Under the pieces are notes generated by a model. That model did no database searches and was not told the DNA's origin. It saw nothing but the letters and a program-made list of their open reading frames with translations. A stretch of 64,000 bases of DNA from an uncultured Actinomycetes bacterium. Its GTDB lineage: Bacteria; Actinomycetota; UBA4738; HRBIN12. A program made the position numbers and the translations under genes. Shown here in pieces: positions 20,091-28,908 of this stretch. The stretch lies in NCBI GenBank assembly GCA_963775755.1, contig CAVZKB010000001.1:80011-144010 (forward strand), read 5' to 3'. How positions within the stretch are numbered: the first letter of the stretch is position 1; each line of letters opens with the position of its first letter.

Positions 20091-20447
20091 ATGCCGGATC
20101 GTGAACGAGCACGAACCCCCGAGGACCTCACGCGTCTCTTCGTCGAGCGAGCGAACCAGAAAGACGCCGAAGGGATCGCGGCGCTGTACGAGCCGGAGGC
20201 CGTGATGGCGTATCCGCCCGGACAGATCACCGTTGGGCGCGCCGCGATCCAGGCCCTCTGGGAGCGAGTCCTCGCCAACGCACCGCGCTTCGAACAGGAA
20301 GAACCCCTGCCGACGCTGCTGAGCGGAGACCTCGGGCTCACCGCGACGGCTCCCAAGGATGATGCGGGAGCCCGCGCGCAAGTGGTCCGTCGTCAGCCGG
20401 ACGGAACCTGGCTCCGGGTTCTGGACCAACCGGAGTTCCGCCGCTGA
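20091..20447 (+). CDS. SnoaL-like / NTF2-fold domain protein; start ATG 20091 preceded by GGAAGG RBS
   Basis: 118-aa tail of track ORF 19932..20447; upstream part is antisense to acnA. Confidence 0.55.
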   Translation: MPDRERARTPEDLTRLFVERANQKDAEGIAALYEPEAVMAYPPGQITVGRAAIQALWERVLANAPRFEQEEPLPTLLSGDLGLTATAPKDDAGARAQVVRRQPDGTWLRVLDQPEFRR

Positions 20448-20457
20448 CGCCCTCGCG

Positions 20458-20976
20458 TCAAGGGGGTGTCTTGCGCGCAGCCTTCACGGCTTCCTTGTGG
20501 GCCATGCGGGTCTGCCGGCGGAGCTTGGCCTCGCGCTGGCGGCGCAGCTCCTCGTCGGTCTCCGCCAGGAGCGGCGGAACGGGACGCGGCCGCCCGTCGT
20601 CATCGATCGCGACGTAGACGAGATACGCGCTGGCAGCGTGGACGCGCCTGCCGGTGATCGGGTTCTCGGCCTCCACGCGGACGCCGCACTCCATGGACGT
20701 CGTGCCCACGTCGTTCACGGTGGCGTGCAGTGTGAGCACATCGCCGATGTGTACCGGCTCCAGGAACGACATCTCATCCAATGACACCGTCACCGCAAGC
20801 CCGCCGGCGTGACGGATCGCGGCCAGCGCGGCGGCGGTGTCGACCAGGCGCATGATCACGCCGCCGTGGACGTTGCCGGCCACGTTCGCGTCGGTGACCT
20901 CCATCATCTGCGTGAGCGTCACGCGGGAATGCGCGGCGGGTTTGGCCGCGAGGCCGGGGTCGGTCATGGGCGGCAT
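20458..20976 (-). CDS. acyl-CoA thioesterase (hotdog fold, YciA-like)
   Basis: ...MEVTDANVAGNVHGGVIMRLVDTAAALAAIRHAGGLAVTVSLDEMSFLEPVHIGDVL...; upstream half of track ORF is antisense to lipoprotein gene. Confidence 0.75.
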   Translation of the reverse strand: MPPMTDPGLAAKPAAHSRVTLTQMMEVTDANVAGNVHGGVIMRLVDTAAALAAIRHAGGLAVTVSLDEMSFLEPVHIGDVLTLHATVNDVGTTSMECGVRVEAENPITGRRVHAASAYLVYVAIDDDGRPRPVPPLLAETDEELRRQREAKLRRQTRMAHKEAVKAARKTPP

Positions 20977-21004
20977 CCTACGTCGGCGCCGATAGGCTGC
21001 CGTC

Positions 21005-21763
21005 ATGCGGCGTGCGATCTGGCTGGCGGCGCTCATCGTGCTCGCGACCGCGTGCAGCGCCGAGACGGCGACAACGCCGACCGCAACGAGCTCCACACGG
21101 CCGTCCGCGTCTACGGCTTCGCCCGGCCCACCCAGCGAGAGCCCGTCCCCGAGCGATCCGATGATCGAGCCGGTGGGGATCCCGGCGGGAACGCCGCCCA
21201 CGTACGACGAAGACGTCGACGTCGCCAACCTCCCGGCGGACGCGCTGGTGCCGATCGGCACGGGACCGACCGACGTGTGGCCGGCGATCGCGCCCGACGG
21301 AACCCAGTTCTCGCTGATCGCGTTCGCCGCGCCGAGCGACGACCCGTTGCGCCAGGCGCGCGGTCTCCTCGTGTGGCGGCGGTTCCACGACGGGCCACCG
21401 TGGCGGGCGGTGCTCGGCCTGTCCGATCCCGCCCGTGCCGGCGTGTTGGCCGTGCACGCGCTGATCGGCGATGCGACCGGCGACGGCTCCCCCGACGCGA
21501 TCACGTTCGAAGAGACCGGCGGATCGGGCGCGTGCGGAACATGGCGCGTGCTCGACCTGGCGGCGAACGCCGGCGTATTCACGAAGGAGACGTGCGACAC
21601 GACGATCGATCTCTCCTCCGAGCCGGTCGGGCTCGTCGTCCGGGAGGCGGTCTTCGCGCCGGGTGACGCCCATTGCTGCCCGAGCACCATGAGGATCTCG
21701 GTGCTCACGTTCGACGACGCATCGGGCTGGGCCGTCTATTCGACCCTCGAACAGCCCACGTGA
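21005..21763 (+). CDS. secreted lipoprotein (lipobox LATAC), unknown function
   Basis: signal peptide MRRAIWLAALIVLATAC, Pro/Ser/Thr-rich linker then globular domain. Confidence 0.6.
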   Translation: MRRAIWLAALIVLATACSAETATTPTATSSTRPSASTASPGPPSESPSPSDPMIEPVGIPAGTPPTYDEDVDVANLPADALVPIGTGPTDVWPAIAPDGTQFSLIAFAAPSDDPLRQARGLLVWRRFHDGPPWRAVLGLSDPARAGVLAVHALIGDATGDGSPDAITFEETGGSGACGTWRVLDLAANAGVFTKETCDTTIDLSSEPVGLVVREAVFAPGDAHCCPSTMRISVLTFDDASGWAVYSTLEQPT

Positions 21764-21788
21764 CCGCGCCTGCTCGTCGGCGGGCCGG

Positions 21789-21836
21789 GTTGACCGTCAA
21801 GTTGCCCGTCCGATATATTCAACCTCTCGGTTGAAT
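21789..21836 (+). promoter_or_regulatory. sigma70-like promoter (TTGACC-N17-ATATAT) overlapping a perfect 9-4-9 inverted repeat TATTCAACC-TCTC-GGTTGAATA, candidate ArsR/SmtB operator
   Basis: AT-rich island in a 70% GC genome immediately upstream of arsR-family gene start at 21859; operator 21815-21836. Confidence 0.6.
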
Positions 21837-21858
21837 ACCGGAGCAAGGGGCGGATGGG

Positions 21859-22197
21859 ATGGCGGTCGATCAGCTCAGCGAGACGTTCTCCGCCCTCGCG
21901 GACCCCACGCGCCGGGCGATCCTCGCCCGTCTCGCCCGGGGTGAGGCGACGGTCGGCGAGCTGGCCGAGCCGTTCCCGGTAAGCCTCCAGGCGGTTTCGA
22001 AGCATCTGAAGGTCTTGGAACGGGCCGGGCTGATCGCCCGTGGCAAGACCGCGCAATGGCGACCGTGCCGTTTGCGCGCCGCGCCGCTCGGAGACGCCAC
22101 CGACTGGCTGCAGGACTACCGGCGGTTCTGGGAAGCGAGCTTCGACCGACTCGACGACCACCTACGACAGATCCAGGAAGGAGCGAGCCATGAGTGA
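21859..22197 (+). CDS. ArsR/SmtB family transcriptional regulator
   Basis: LADPTRRAILARLARGEATVGELAEPFPVSLQAVSKHLKVLERAGLI winged HTH. Confidence 0.9.
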   Translation: MAVDQLSETFSALADPTRRAILARLARGEATVGELAEPFPVSLQAVSKHLKVLERAGLIARGKTAQWRPCRLRAAPLGDATDWLQDYRRFWEASFDRLDDHLRQIQEGASHE

Positions 22198-22711
22198 TGC
22201 GACACCCGCCGAAGGTGTGGTCTCCGCCCACAGCGATGCGGAGGGGATCCTGATCGTCCGGGTGTTCGACGCGCCACGCGAGCTGGTCTTCAAAGCGTGG
22301 ACAGAAGCCGAGCGCTTCGCGAAGTGGTTCGGCGAGCACGGTTCGAGCATCCCGTTGGACAAGGTGTCGATGGACCCCCGTCCGGGCGGCGCATGGCACG
22401 CCACGATGATCTACGGCCCGGACGAGGTGGAGCTCCCGTTCGCCGGCACGTTCCTGGAGGTCGTGGAGCCCGAGCACGTCTCGATGTCGCTCGTCGATCC
22501 ATCCGATCCCGACCACGACGCCTTCGAAGTGCTCACCGCCGACTTCAGAGACCTCGGCGATGGGCGGACGGAGATGACGTTCACCCAGCGCGGCGGAAAC
22601 CTCCCGGCCGACGAGTACTCGCGGGCGATGCGCGGCTCGCTCATCTTCTTCGATCGGATGGCGGAGCATCTCGCCGAGAGCCTGAAGTCGAGACACGATT
22701 CCGATCCGTGA
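22190..22711 (+). CDS. SRPBCC / Aha1-like (activator of Hsp90 ATPase homolog) domain protein, co-transcribed with arsR (8-nt overlap)
   Basis: ...LIVRVFDAPRELVFKAWTEAERFAKWFG... AHSA1 signature; typical ArsR partner. Confidence 0.75.
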   Translation: MSDATPAEGVVSAHSDAEGILIVRVFDAPRELVFKAWTEAERFAKWFGEHGSSIPLDKVSMDPRPGGAWHATMIYGPDEVELPFAGTFLEVVEPEHVSMSLVDPSDPDHDAFEVLTADFRDLGDGRTEMTFTQRGGNLPADEYSRAMRGSLIFFDRMAEHLAESLKSRHDSDP

Positions 22712-22791
22712 ACGCGTCGCAGTTCCACGGCTGGCCGCGCGGATGCGTCCGCCATGACGACGAGGGCGCGAGCTAGACCTGTCGTCCTTGC

Positions 22792-23325
22792 TCAGATGAA
22801 GAGCGTGATGGCGTCCTTCGCCTCGAGGAGGGCGCTGGTCGCGCCGGCTGGGTCTTCGAGTCCCTCGATGAGGTCCTCGCGGGCCAGGCCGAGCAGGTCC
22901 ATCGTCATCTGACACGGGATGAGCCGGACGCCCATGTCGCGGGCGGTCTCGAGCAGCTCCGTCGGGCTGGCGACCTTGTGATCGGTCGCGAGCTTCTTCA
23001 TCATCGCCGGCCCCGCACCGAGGAACTGCATCTTGCTGAGCTTCAGATGGTCGGTGCCGCCACGGTTCATCGTCGACAGCATCTTCTGCATCCAGTTCTC
23101 ACCCGTGAGGCGAACCTCGTTCTTCACCAGCGGGAACAGGCCCCAGAACGTGAAGAACACCGTCGTCTGCATCCCCATCGCGGCGCCGCTCGTCGCGAGG
23201 ATCAACGTCGGCCACATGCGGTCGAGCTCGCCGCTCCATGCGAAGATCACCAGCTTGTCGGGCAACGCCTCTTCGACCGCGTCGGCGGCCGTGGTCTCCT
23301 CGGTCAGTTCGGTCATCTTGCTCAC
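22792..23325 (-). CDS. DsrE/DsrF-like sulfur-relay family protein
   Basis: DsrE-fold conserved Cys region (…IPCQMTMDLLG…), 177 aa. Confidence 0.6.
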   Translation of the reverse strand: MSKMTELTEETTAADAVEEALPDKLVIFAWSGELDRMWPTLILATSGAAMGMQTTVFFTFWGLFPLVKNEVRLTGENWMQKMLSTMNRGGTDHLKLSKMQFLGAGPAMMKKLATDHKVASPTELLETARDMGVRLIPCQMTMDLLGLAREDLIEGLEDPAGATSALLEAKDAITLFI

Positions 23326-23555
23326 CTCTTCCGGATGAGGAAGCGGAAGACGTCCGCCTCCGCTGTTTGCTCCACGAGCTCATTACCGGTCGCCTTGCAC
23401 CATGCGGTGAAATCCGGGACGGAGCCGGGGTCGGTCGCGTATGCCTCGATCAGCTCACCCGAGGCCAGCTCCTTGATCGCCTGGGCGGTCTTGACGATCG
23501 GCATGGGGCACGACAGCCCCTTCAGGTCCAATGACTTCGCGATCGCGACACTCAT
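23322..23555 (-). CDS. TusA-like sulfurtransferase (77 aa); start at internal ATG
   Basis: LDLKGLSCPMPIVKTAQAI CPxP motif; ATGA overlap with dsrE. Confidence 0.8.
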   Translation of the reverse strand: MSVAIAKSLDLKGLSCPMPIVKTAQAIKELASGELIEAYATDPGSVPDFTAWCKATGNELVEQTAEADVFRFLIRKR

Positions 23556-24718
23556 CGCTTGCTCCTTCCGGTCGACGGCAGCTCCGGGATCCGGCCCTGC
23601 GGGATCGTCTGCCAATAGAGGCGGTTGAACGTCCATTTCGCCATGTGCCAGGCCCGAGAGGGCTGAGGCGGGGTCGGCGGATGCTCGTAGTCGAACCGGA
23701 GCGCCGTGGCCCGTCCGTCCCCTGTCTCGAGGAAGCACATGACCCGGCCGCCGTAGTTCTCCTTCGGTGCCGTGCCGCGCACGAGGGAAGCGATGCGGCT
23801 CGCGACCACCGGGGCCTCGAAATGCGCGGTCGAGCCGCTCTTGGAGATCGGAAGGTCGGTCGCGTCGCCGATCCCGAAGATCCGATCGTTGCCACCGACC
23901 TGCAAGGTGGCTCGATCGGTCGGAAGCCATCCCGACATGTCGCCGATCCCGGAATCCTCGATCACGTGCTGACCGCGGTGCGGCGGGACGACGACGAGCA
24001 GGTCGTAGTCGGCCTTCTCCCCCTCGAGAGAGGTCACGACCCCGGCGCTCGGGTCGATCGACTCGACGTTGAAGAACGTGGAGAGTCCGATGTCGCGCCG
24101 CTCCATGATCGGCTGGATCAGCTTCGAGGCGGATTCGATCGTGAACGCCCGGTTCAACGGCGAGAGCAGCGTGACCTCACTGCGCTCCCGGATGCCGCGC
24201 CGGCGCAGCTCCTGATCGAGCATGAGCACGAACTCCACGGGCGCCGGCGGGCACTTGTACGGGATCCCGCCGATCCCGACCAGGATCCGGCCGCCGCGGA
24301 AGCGCCGCAGCTCCTCGCGCAGCCGCTGCGCGCCTTCGAGCGAATAGAACTCCTGCGCACCCTCGACCATCCCGGGAACCTGCGTCGGCACGAGCCGGGC
24401 GCCCGTCGCGACGACGAGGTAGTCCCAATCGAGGCTCCCTCCGCGTTCGAGCTGGACGGTCCGTGCGTCCGGATGGATCCTGACCGCCGGCTCGACGACG
24501 AGCTCGACGTCCTTGCGGAGCAGCGTGCGCTCGTCGCGCGTGAGCCACCGCCCGTTCGCCTGACCGAGCGCGACGTACAGGAACCCCGGCTGGTACATGT
24601 GCATGCCGCTGGGATCGACGACCGTCACCTTGGCGGAACGGCCGAGCGCCTTGGACACCAGGTTCGCCGCAAGGGTCCCACCGACCCCGCCCCCCAGGAC
24701 TACGACGCGCGCCGGCAT
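23552..24718 (-). CDS. sqr: sulfide:quinone oxidoreductase (FAD-dependent, SQR family)
   Basis: N-terminal FAD fold VVVLGGGVGG, catalytic YKCPPAPVE motif and C-terminal Cys (VMCFLETGDG). Confidence 0.7.
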   Translation of the reverse strand: MPARVVVLGGGVGGTLAANLVSKALGRSAKVTVVDPSGMHMYQPGFLYVALGQANGRWLTRDERTLLRKDVELVVEPAVRIHPDARTVQLERGGSLDWDYLVVATGARLVPTQVPGMVEGAQEFYSLEGAQRLREELRRFRGGRILVGIGGIPYKCPPAPVEFVLMLDQELRRRGIRERSEVTLLSPLNRAFTIESASKLIQPIMERRDIGLSTFFNVESIDPSAGVVTSLEGEKADYDLLVVVPPHRGQHVIEDSGIGDMSGWLPTDRATLQVGGNDRIFGIGDATDLPISKSGSTAHFEAPVVASRIASLVRGTAPKENYGGRVMCFLETGDGRATALRFDYEHPPTPPQPSRAWHMAKWTFNRLYWQTIPQGRIPELPSTGRSKR

Positions 24719-24722
24719 CAGA

Positions 24723-24965
24723 TCACCGAGCCTTCTCGATGACGAACCGCGCGAACCCCTCTTGCTGATCCACCTCGGCGAGCCGATGGCCGGCCTTCGA
24801 TACCCAAGCGGGGATGTCGGTCTTCGAACCCTCGTCGCTGGAGATCACCTCGATGATGTCTCCAACCGTCCCTTCGCGGATCGCGCCGATCAGCGCCATC
24901 AGGGGGCCGGGGCACGGCATCCCCCGCGCGTCGATGCTCCGGGTGATGTCCGATGTCGTTGTCAT
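24723..24965 (-). CDS. TusA-like sulfurtransferase (80 aa); start ATG 24965 with AAGGAGGA RBS
   Basis: IDARGMPCPGPLMALIGAI CPxP motif. Confidence 0.8.
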   Translation of the reverse strand: MTTTSDITRSIDARGMPCPGPLMALIGAIREGTVGDIIEVISSDEGSKTDIPAWVSKAGHRLAEVDQQEGFARFVIEKAR

Positions 24966-24981
24966 CGTTGATCCTCCTTCG

Positions 24982-25389
24982 TCAGATGAACGTCGGCGAT
25001 CCGGCGGCTTCGAGGAAGAACGACGCAACGCCCTCCTGCCCGTCGATGAGCGGATCGAGGTTCTCCGTGACGAGGCCGAGCATCTCCATCGAATGCGAAC
25101 ATGCGTGGATGCTCACCTCGCCGATCTGCTTCGCCTGCTGGAGGGTCTCGCTCCAGTGTTGGCCGCCCTGACGCTCCATCGCCGCGCGCCCTTCGTCACC
25201 GGACTCGGGAGCCGCGCCGTGGTCCTTCAGGATCCGGTCGGCCCGGAATGCATCGAGCGCCCAGTACTGGACGAGGATGTGCACCTCCCGACCCATGGCC
25301 GCGGCGCCCGCCACCAAGATGGCTGCGGCGCTGAGCTTGTCGTCCGTCCCCGAGAACAGGACGAGGGAAAACGTGTCGGTCTCGCTCAT
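24982..25389 (-). CDS. DsrE/DsrF/DsrH-like family protein
   Basis: 135 aa, DsrE fold with conserved Cys (SIHACSHSMEMLG). Confidence 0.6.
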   Translation of the reverse strand: MSETDTFSLVLFSGTDDKLSAAAILVAGAAAMGREVHILVQYWALDAFRADRILKDHGAAPESGDEGRAAMERQGGQHWSETLQQAKQIGEVSIHACSHSMEMLGLVTENLDPLIDGQEGVASFFLEAAGSPTFI

Positions 25390-25516
25390 GCGTTCCTCCT
25401 TGAGTCACTCCCCGTGAGCTTGTCGGAGGGCGCTACGCACGGCATGAGGCGTCCGACCCTGCGTTCGAGGGCCGCATGTCCTTGCGAGAGGAGAAACCCC
25501 GTTCGCGACGGCTGGT

Positions 25517-26254
25517 TCAGCCGATCGAGGATGCGAGTGTTCGTGTCAGGCCGTCGGCCGACGCCGCCTCAGCGATCAGGCGGGCCGACTCCTCGTACGA
25601 CAACAGATCCGTGTTGATCACCATGTGGTAGAGGAGCGGGTCGTCGATGTCTTTGCCGAAGTACTTCTTCACGTATCGCATCCGCCCGAGATCATTGTCG
25701 CGAACGTAGGCCGACGCTTCCTCGAGGCTGAGGTGCTTGTACTCGCAGAGATGCTCGATCCGCTTCGCGGTCGACCCCACCAGACGGACATGGAAGGCGT
25801 AGTCCAACTTGCTGGTGACGATGTTCGCGCCGCGACCGATCACGATGATGTTGCCGAGCTCCGCGAGGTGCAGGATCGTGTCCGCGGTCTTCCTCACCAG
25901 CGTCCAGTGGGATGGATGCAGCCCGAACAGCGCATCGAGCGTGTCGGACATCTCCGAGACGCGATCCTCCGGCATGAACCTTTCGAGCCGTTCAGGCAGG
26001 TCGTGATCCTTGAGCACCCGCTCGACCAGGTTCCGATCGAAGATCGCCCAGGGGCGCGAGGTTGCGCTGATCGGGCCCTGGAGTCGCGCGACGAGCTCCT
26101 CAGCGACGGTGTGTGCGCCCGCGCCGGCCTGCCGGGAGATCGTGATCACGCGCCGATGGGGATCACCATGTGGCTCCGAGGACGGCGTGTGCGGCATCTG
26201 GAGCTGCGAGTTGATGAACCCACGATAGTGCTCGAAGTTGCCGGCCGTATCCAT
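25517..26254 (-). CDS. cytidylate kinase-like family protein (P-loop); start at internal ATG (MDTAGNFEHY)
   Basis: VITISRQAGAGAHTVAEEL P-loop-like, cytidylate kinase-like family layout. Confidence 0.55.
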   Translation of the reverse strand: MDTAGNFEHYRGFINSQLQMPHTPSSEPHGDPHRRVITISRQAGAGAHTVAEELVARLQGPISATSRPWAIFDRNLVERVLKDHDLPERLERFMPEDRVSEMSDTLDALFGLHPSHWTLVRKTADTILHLAELGNIIVIGRGANIVTSKLDYAFHVRLVGSTAKRIEHLCEYKHLSLEEASAYVRDNDLGRMRYVKKYFGKDIDDPLLYHMVINTDLLSYEESARLIAEAASADGLTRTLASSIG

Positions 26255-26595
26255 GCCGTTCACCCCTTCGAGGACGATGCATCGTCCTCCGACACCAGCG
26301 TGCGCTCGTGGACGACGGACTGGCCCGGGTCTTCGGACCCGCGGTCGAGGGGACCCACGACCCTGCGCCGGCATCATCCGCCATGGCGTCGGCGCACGGT
26401 ATTCGGCAGGTGGCCCCGACGCGCGACACCTCGGCGCAGGTGGACCCGGTTCGGCAGCTGGCCCCATCGACGGTCCGGCCAGAACCTCCGCCCCATCGCC
26501 TGGATGAAGCTCTTCGTAGGTCTCATCCAGTCTCCCTCCTTCGCCGGGCCGGGCGCCGTCTGACGAGGATCGACGCCCGGTCTCCGACGAGCTTG

Positions 26596-28098
26596 CTATC
26601 GGGTCGCTCGTGCGAGTTCGGTCAGGTCGTCTTCGGGCCGAAGCGCGACCGCGAGCTCATGGGGCGCCGGGATCGCGAGGTCGTCATGCCCCGCGGACCC
26701 CCCTTCCCGCCCCTTGCGCCACCGGACCCAAAGGTAGACGGGCACACCCGCCATCAGCAGCAGGTAGCCCTTCGCGATCGACTCGGAGCCGGTCGCATAC
26801 ATGGCCCAGATGGCGTACCCGAAGCCCAGCGCCGCGATCGTCGCGTCGCGCGCGAGCTTGCGGCCGGTGAACCGAGCGGGTTCCTTCATGAACAGGAACA
26901 GCTCGGCCGCAGCAGCGAACGCGTAGGGGACGACCGTCGTCAAGGTGGCGAGCAGGATCACGAACCCGAACTGATCGACGAGGCTCTTCGTGTAGTTCAT
27001 GAACGTGAGTCCCGTGACCAGCACCGCTGCCGCGATCAAGCCGAACACCGGGGTGCCGCGCCGGCCGTAAACCCGGCCGAACGCCTTGGGGAACAGCCCG
27101 TCCTTGCCCGCACCGAGGGACACCCTCGCCGTGAGCAAGGTCCAGCCGTTCAGGGCGCCGAACGCCGCGATCATCCCGATCGCCCCGACCACCTTGGCCC
27201 AGCTGCCACCGAAGATCTCGGCGGCCGCCGCCGCGAACGGCGCGTTCGACTGCGAGAGCGCGCCGAGCGGGAGGATCCCCATGACCGCGACCGTCGCGAT
27301 CACGTAGATCAACGTCGTCAATCCCGTGCCCAACATCGTGGCTCGCGGGATCGTGCGCTCGGGATCCTTCACCTCTTCGGCCGGCACGGTTGCCGACTCG
27401 AGTCCGATGAAGGCCCAGAGCGTGAACCCGATCGCCACCGTGATCCCCTCGAAGAACCCGAGGGTCGCGCGACCGGCATCCTGCGCGGCGGGGAGGAACG
27501 GCGTGAAGTGATCGGCTTTCAGGTAGAACAGGCCGATGATGCCGATCAGGGCCAGCGGCACGAACTTCAGCACCGTCGTGACCAACTGGACCCAGCCGCC
27601 TTGACGGACTCCGAGCACGTTCACGAACGTGAGGAGCCAGACGGCGCCGACCGCGAGGAGCGCCATCGCGAGGTTGCTATCGGCCAGGCCGGGCCACAGG
27701 ACCGTCGTGTAGCCCACGAACGCGGTGGCGATGGCGGCGTTGCCGACCCACGCCGCGATCCAGTATCCCCACGCGGTTTGGAAGCCGACGAACTCGCCGA
27801 ACGCGCGTCGTGCATAGACGTACGGACCACCGGTCTGCGGGTAGGCACGACCCAGGGTGGCGAACACGCCGGCCAGGAGCATGGCTCCGGCCCCGGTGAT
27901 CGCCCATGCGAGCATGGCGCTCGAGCCGTAGACCAGCGCGACACCGGCGAGCGAAGCCGGCAACAGGAAGACACCCGAACCGATCATGTTTCCGATCACG
28001 AGCGCCGTGGTCATCCCAAGTCCGAGCTCCCTCTTCAACTTAGGGGGGTTCGTCGACTCGGGAAGGAGGACCGTTTCCCTCTCGATCATGTCGACCAT
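26596..28098 (-). CDS. APC-family amino acid permease (12 TM)
   Basis: ...GSGVFLLPASLAG..., 500 aa polytopic. Confidence 0.8.
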   Translation of the reverse strand: MVDMIERETVLLPESTNPPKLKRELGLGMTTALVIGNMIGSGVFLLPASLAGVALVYGSSAMLAWAITGAGAMLLAGVFATLGRAYPQTGGPYVYARRAFGEFVGFQTAWGYWIAAWVGNAAIATAFVGYTTVLWPGLADSNLAMALLAVGAVWLLTFVNVLGVRQGGWVQLVTTVLKFVPLALIGIIGLFYLKADHFTPFLPAAQDAGRATLGFFEGITVAIGFTLWAFIGLESATVPAEEVKDPERTIPRATMLGTGLTTLIYVIATVAVMGILPLGALSQSNAPFAAAAAEIFGGSWAKVVGAIGMIAAFGALNGWTLLTARVSLGAGKDGLFPKAFGRVYGRRGTPVFGLIAAAVLVTGLTFMNYTKSLVDQFGFVILLATLTTVVPYAFAAAAELFLFMKEPARFTGRKLARDATIAALGFGYAIWAMYATGSESIAKGYLLLMAGVPVYLWVRWRKGREGGSAGHDDLAIPAPHELAVALRPEDDLTELARATR

Positions 28099-28209
28099 GA
28101 GGACTTCCCCTCCTTTCGGGCGCGAAGCCCACGGAAGAGGGCTCCCGCCACATCCGACACTATGGGCCCGCCGGTGACCCGATCAGGGTCGATCGGCACG
28201 AGGAACGCA

Positions 28210-28235
28210 GGACCGCCCCCGTCGAGGGGCGGTCC
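28210..28235 (-). terminator. 10-bp GC stem / 6-nt loop hairpin 60 nt downstream of hsp20 stop, candidate intrinsic terminator
   Basis: ggaccgcccc-cgtcga-ggggcggtcc perfect inverted repeat; weak T-tract. Confidence 0.35.
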
Positions 28236-28294
28236 GGATCTGCTGCGGGCCGGCGGACCCGTAACGCCCGCCGGCCCGCGGAGCCCCCGCGGTC

Positions 28295-28774
28295 CTATGC
28301 GGCCTCGACGTGCGGCGTCGTGACCGCGATCTCTCTCACGGGTGGAGCCTCGAGCTTGGTGATGGGCTCGGGGACGACGACCTGAAGGACCCCGTCCTCG
28401 TAGGTGGCCGTGATCGTAGACTCGTCGACCCCGTCGGGGATCGGGATCCGCCGCTCGAAGGCACCGTAGGCGCCCTCCATCCGGTAGTAGGTTCCTTCCT
28501 CGACCTCTTCCTCGTGACGGCGCTCGCCCTTGATCACGAGCTCGCCGTTCTCGACGGCGACCCGAACGTCCTTCGCCGGGTCGATCCCCGGGAGCTCGAC
28601 CCGCACGACGAAGTGCTCGTCGCGGACCAAGACGTCGACCGCCGGTACGAACGGGCGTTGCACGAACAGCGGCAACGCGGGGTACGCGAGCCGTGCGCGA
28701 TTGCCGAACACGCTGTGCAGCACCTCATCCATCCGCCGCTCCAACGTGCCGATCTCCTCCCAGTAGCCACGCAT
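28295..28774 (-). CDS. Hsp20/alpha-crystallin small heat shock protein; likely start MRGYWEEI
   Basis: alpha-crystallin domain (…FVVRVELPGIDPAKDVRVAVENGELVIKGER…AFERRIPIP…). Confidence 0.85.
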   Translation of the reverse strand: MRGYWEEIGTLERRMDEVLHSVFGNRARLAYPALPLFVQRPFVPAVDVLVRDEHFVVRVELPGIDPAKDVRVAVENGELVIKGERRHEEEVEEGTYYRMEGAYGAFERRIPIPDGVDESTITATYEDGVLQVVVPEPITKLEAPPVREIAVTTPHVEAA

Positions 28775-28908
28775 CGTGACCACCTCCCTGGAGCGCTTCG
28801 CTCCGAGCCCACCGTAGGTCGGGGCGTCTGGGATCACCACGGGCGTGGGGCCCGCGTCGTCCGGGTCGAGGGTCCCCTTAAGCCGGGACCGGTGCGAACA
28901 GGGACGGA

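Noticed and set aside
6521-20112. N-terminal extensions of track ORFs for rfbA, rfbD, LCP, acnA, cytidylate-kinase-like and others
   Set aside because: The extensions are Arg/Ser-rich junk that overlaps neighbouring genes. Internal ATG/GTG starts give canonical N-termini and 4-nt overlaps.
21859-22197. ArsR as a persulfide sensor (SqrR/BigR type) controlling the adjacent sulfur operon
   Set aside because: It has only one Cys, lacking the conserved Cys pair of SqrR/BigR. It is oriented convergently to the sulfur operon and paired with an SRPBCC gene instead.
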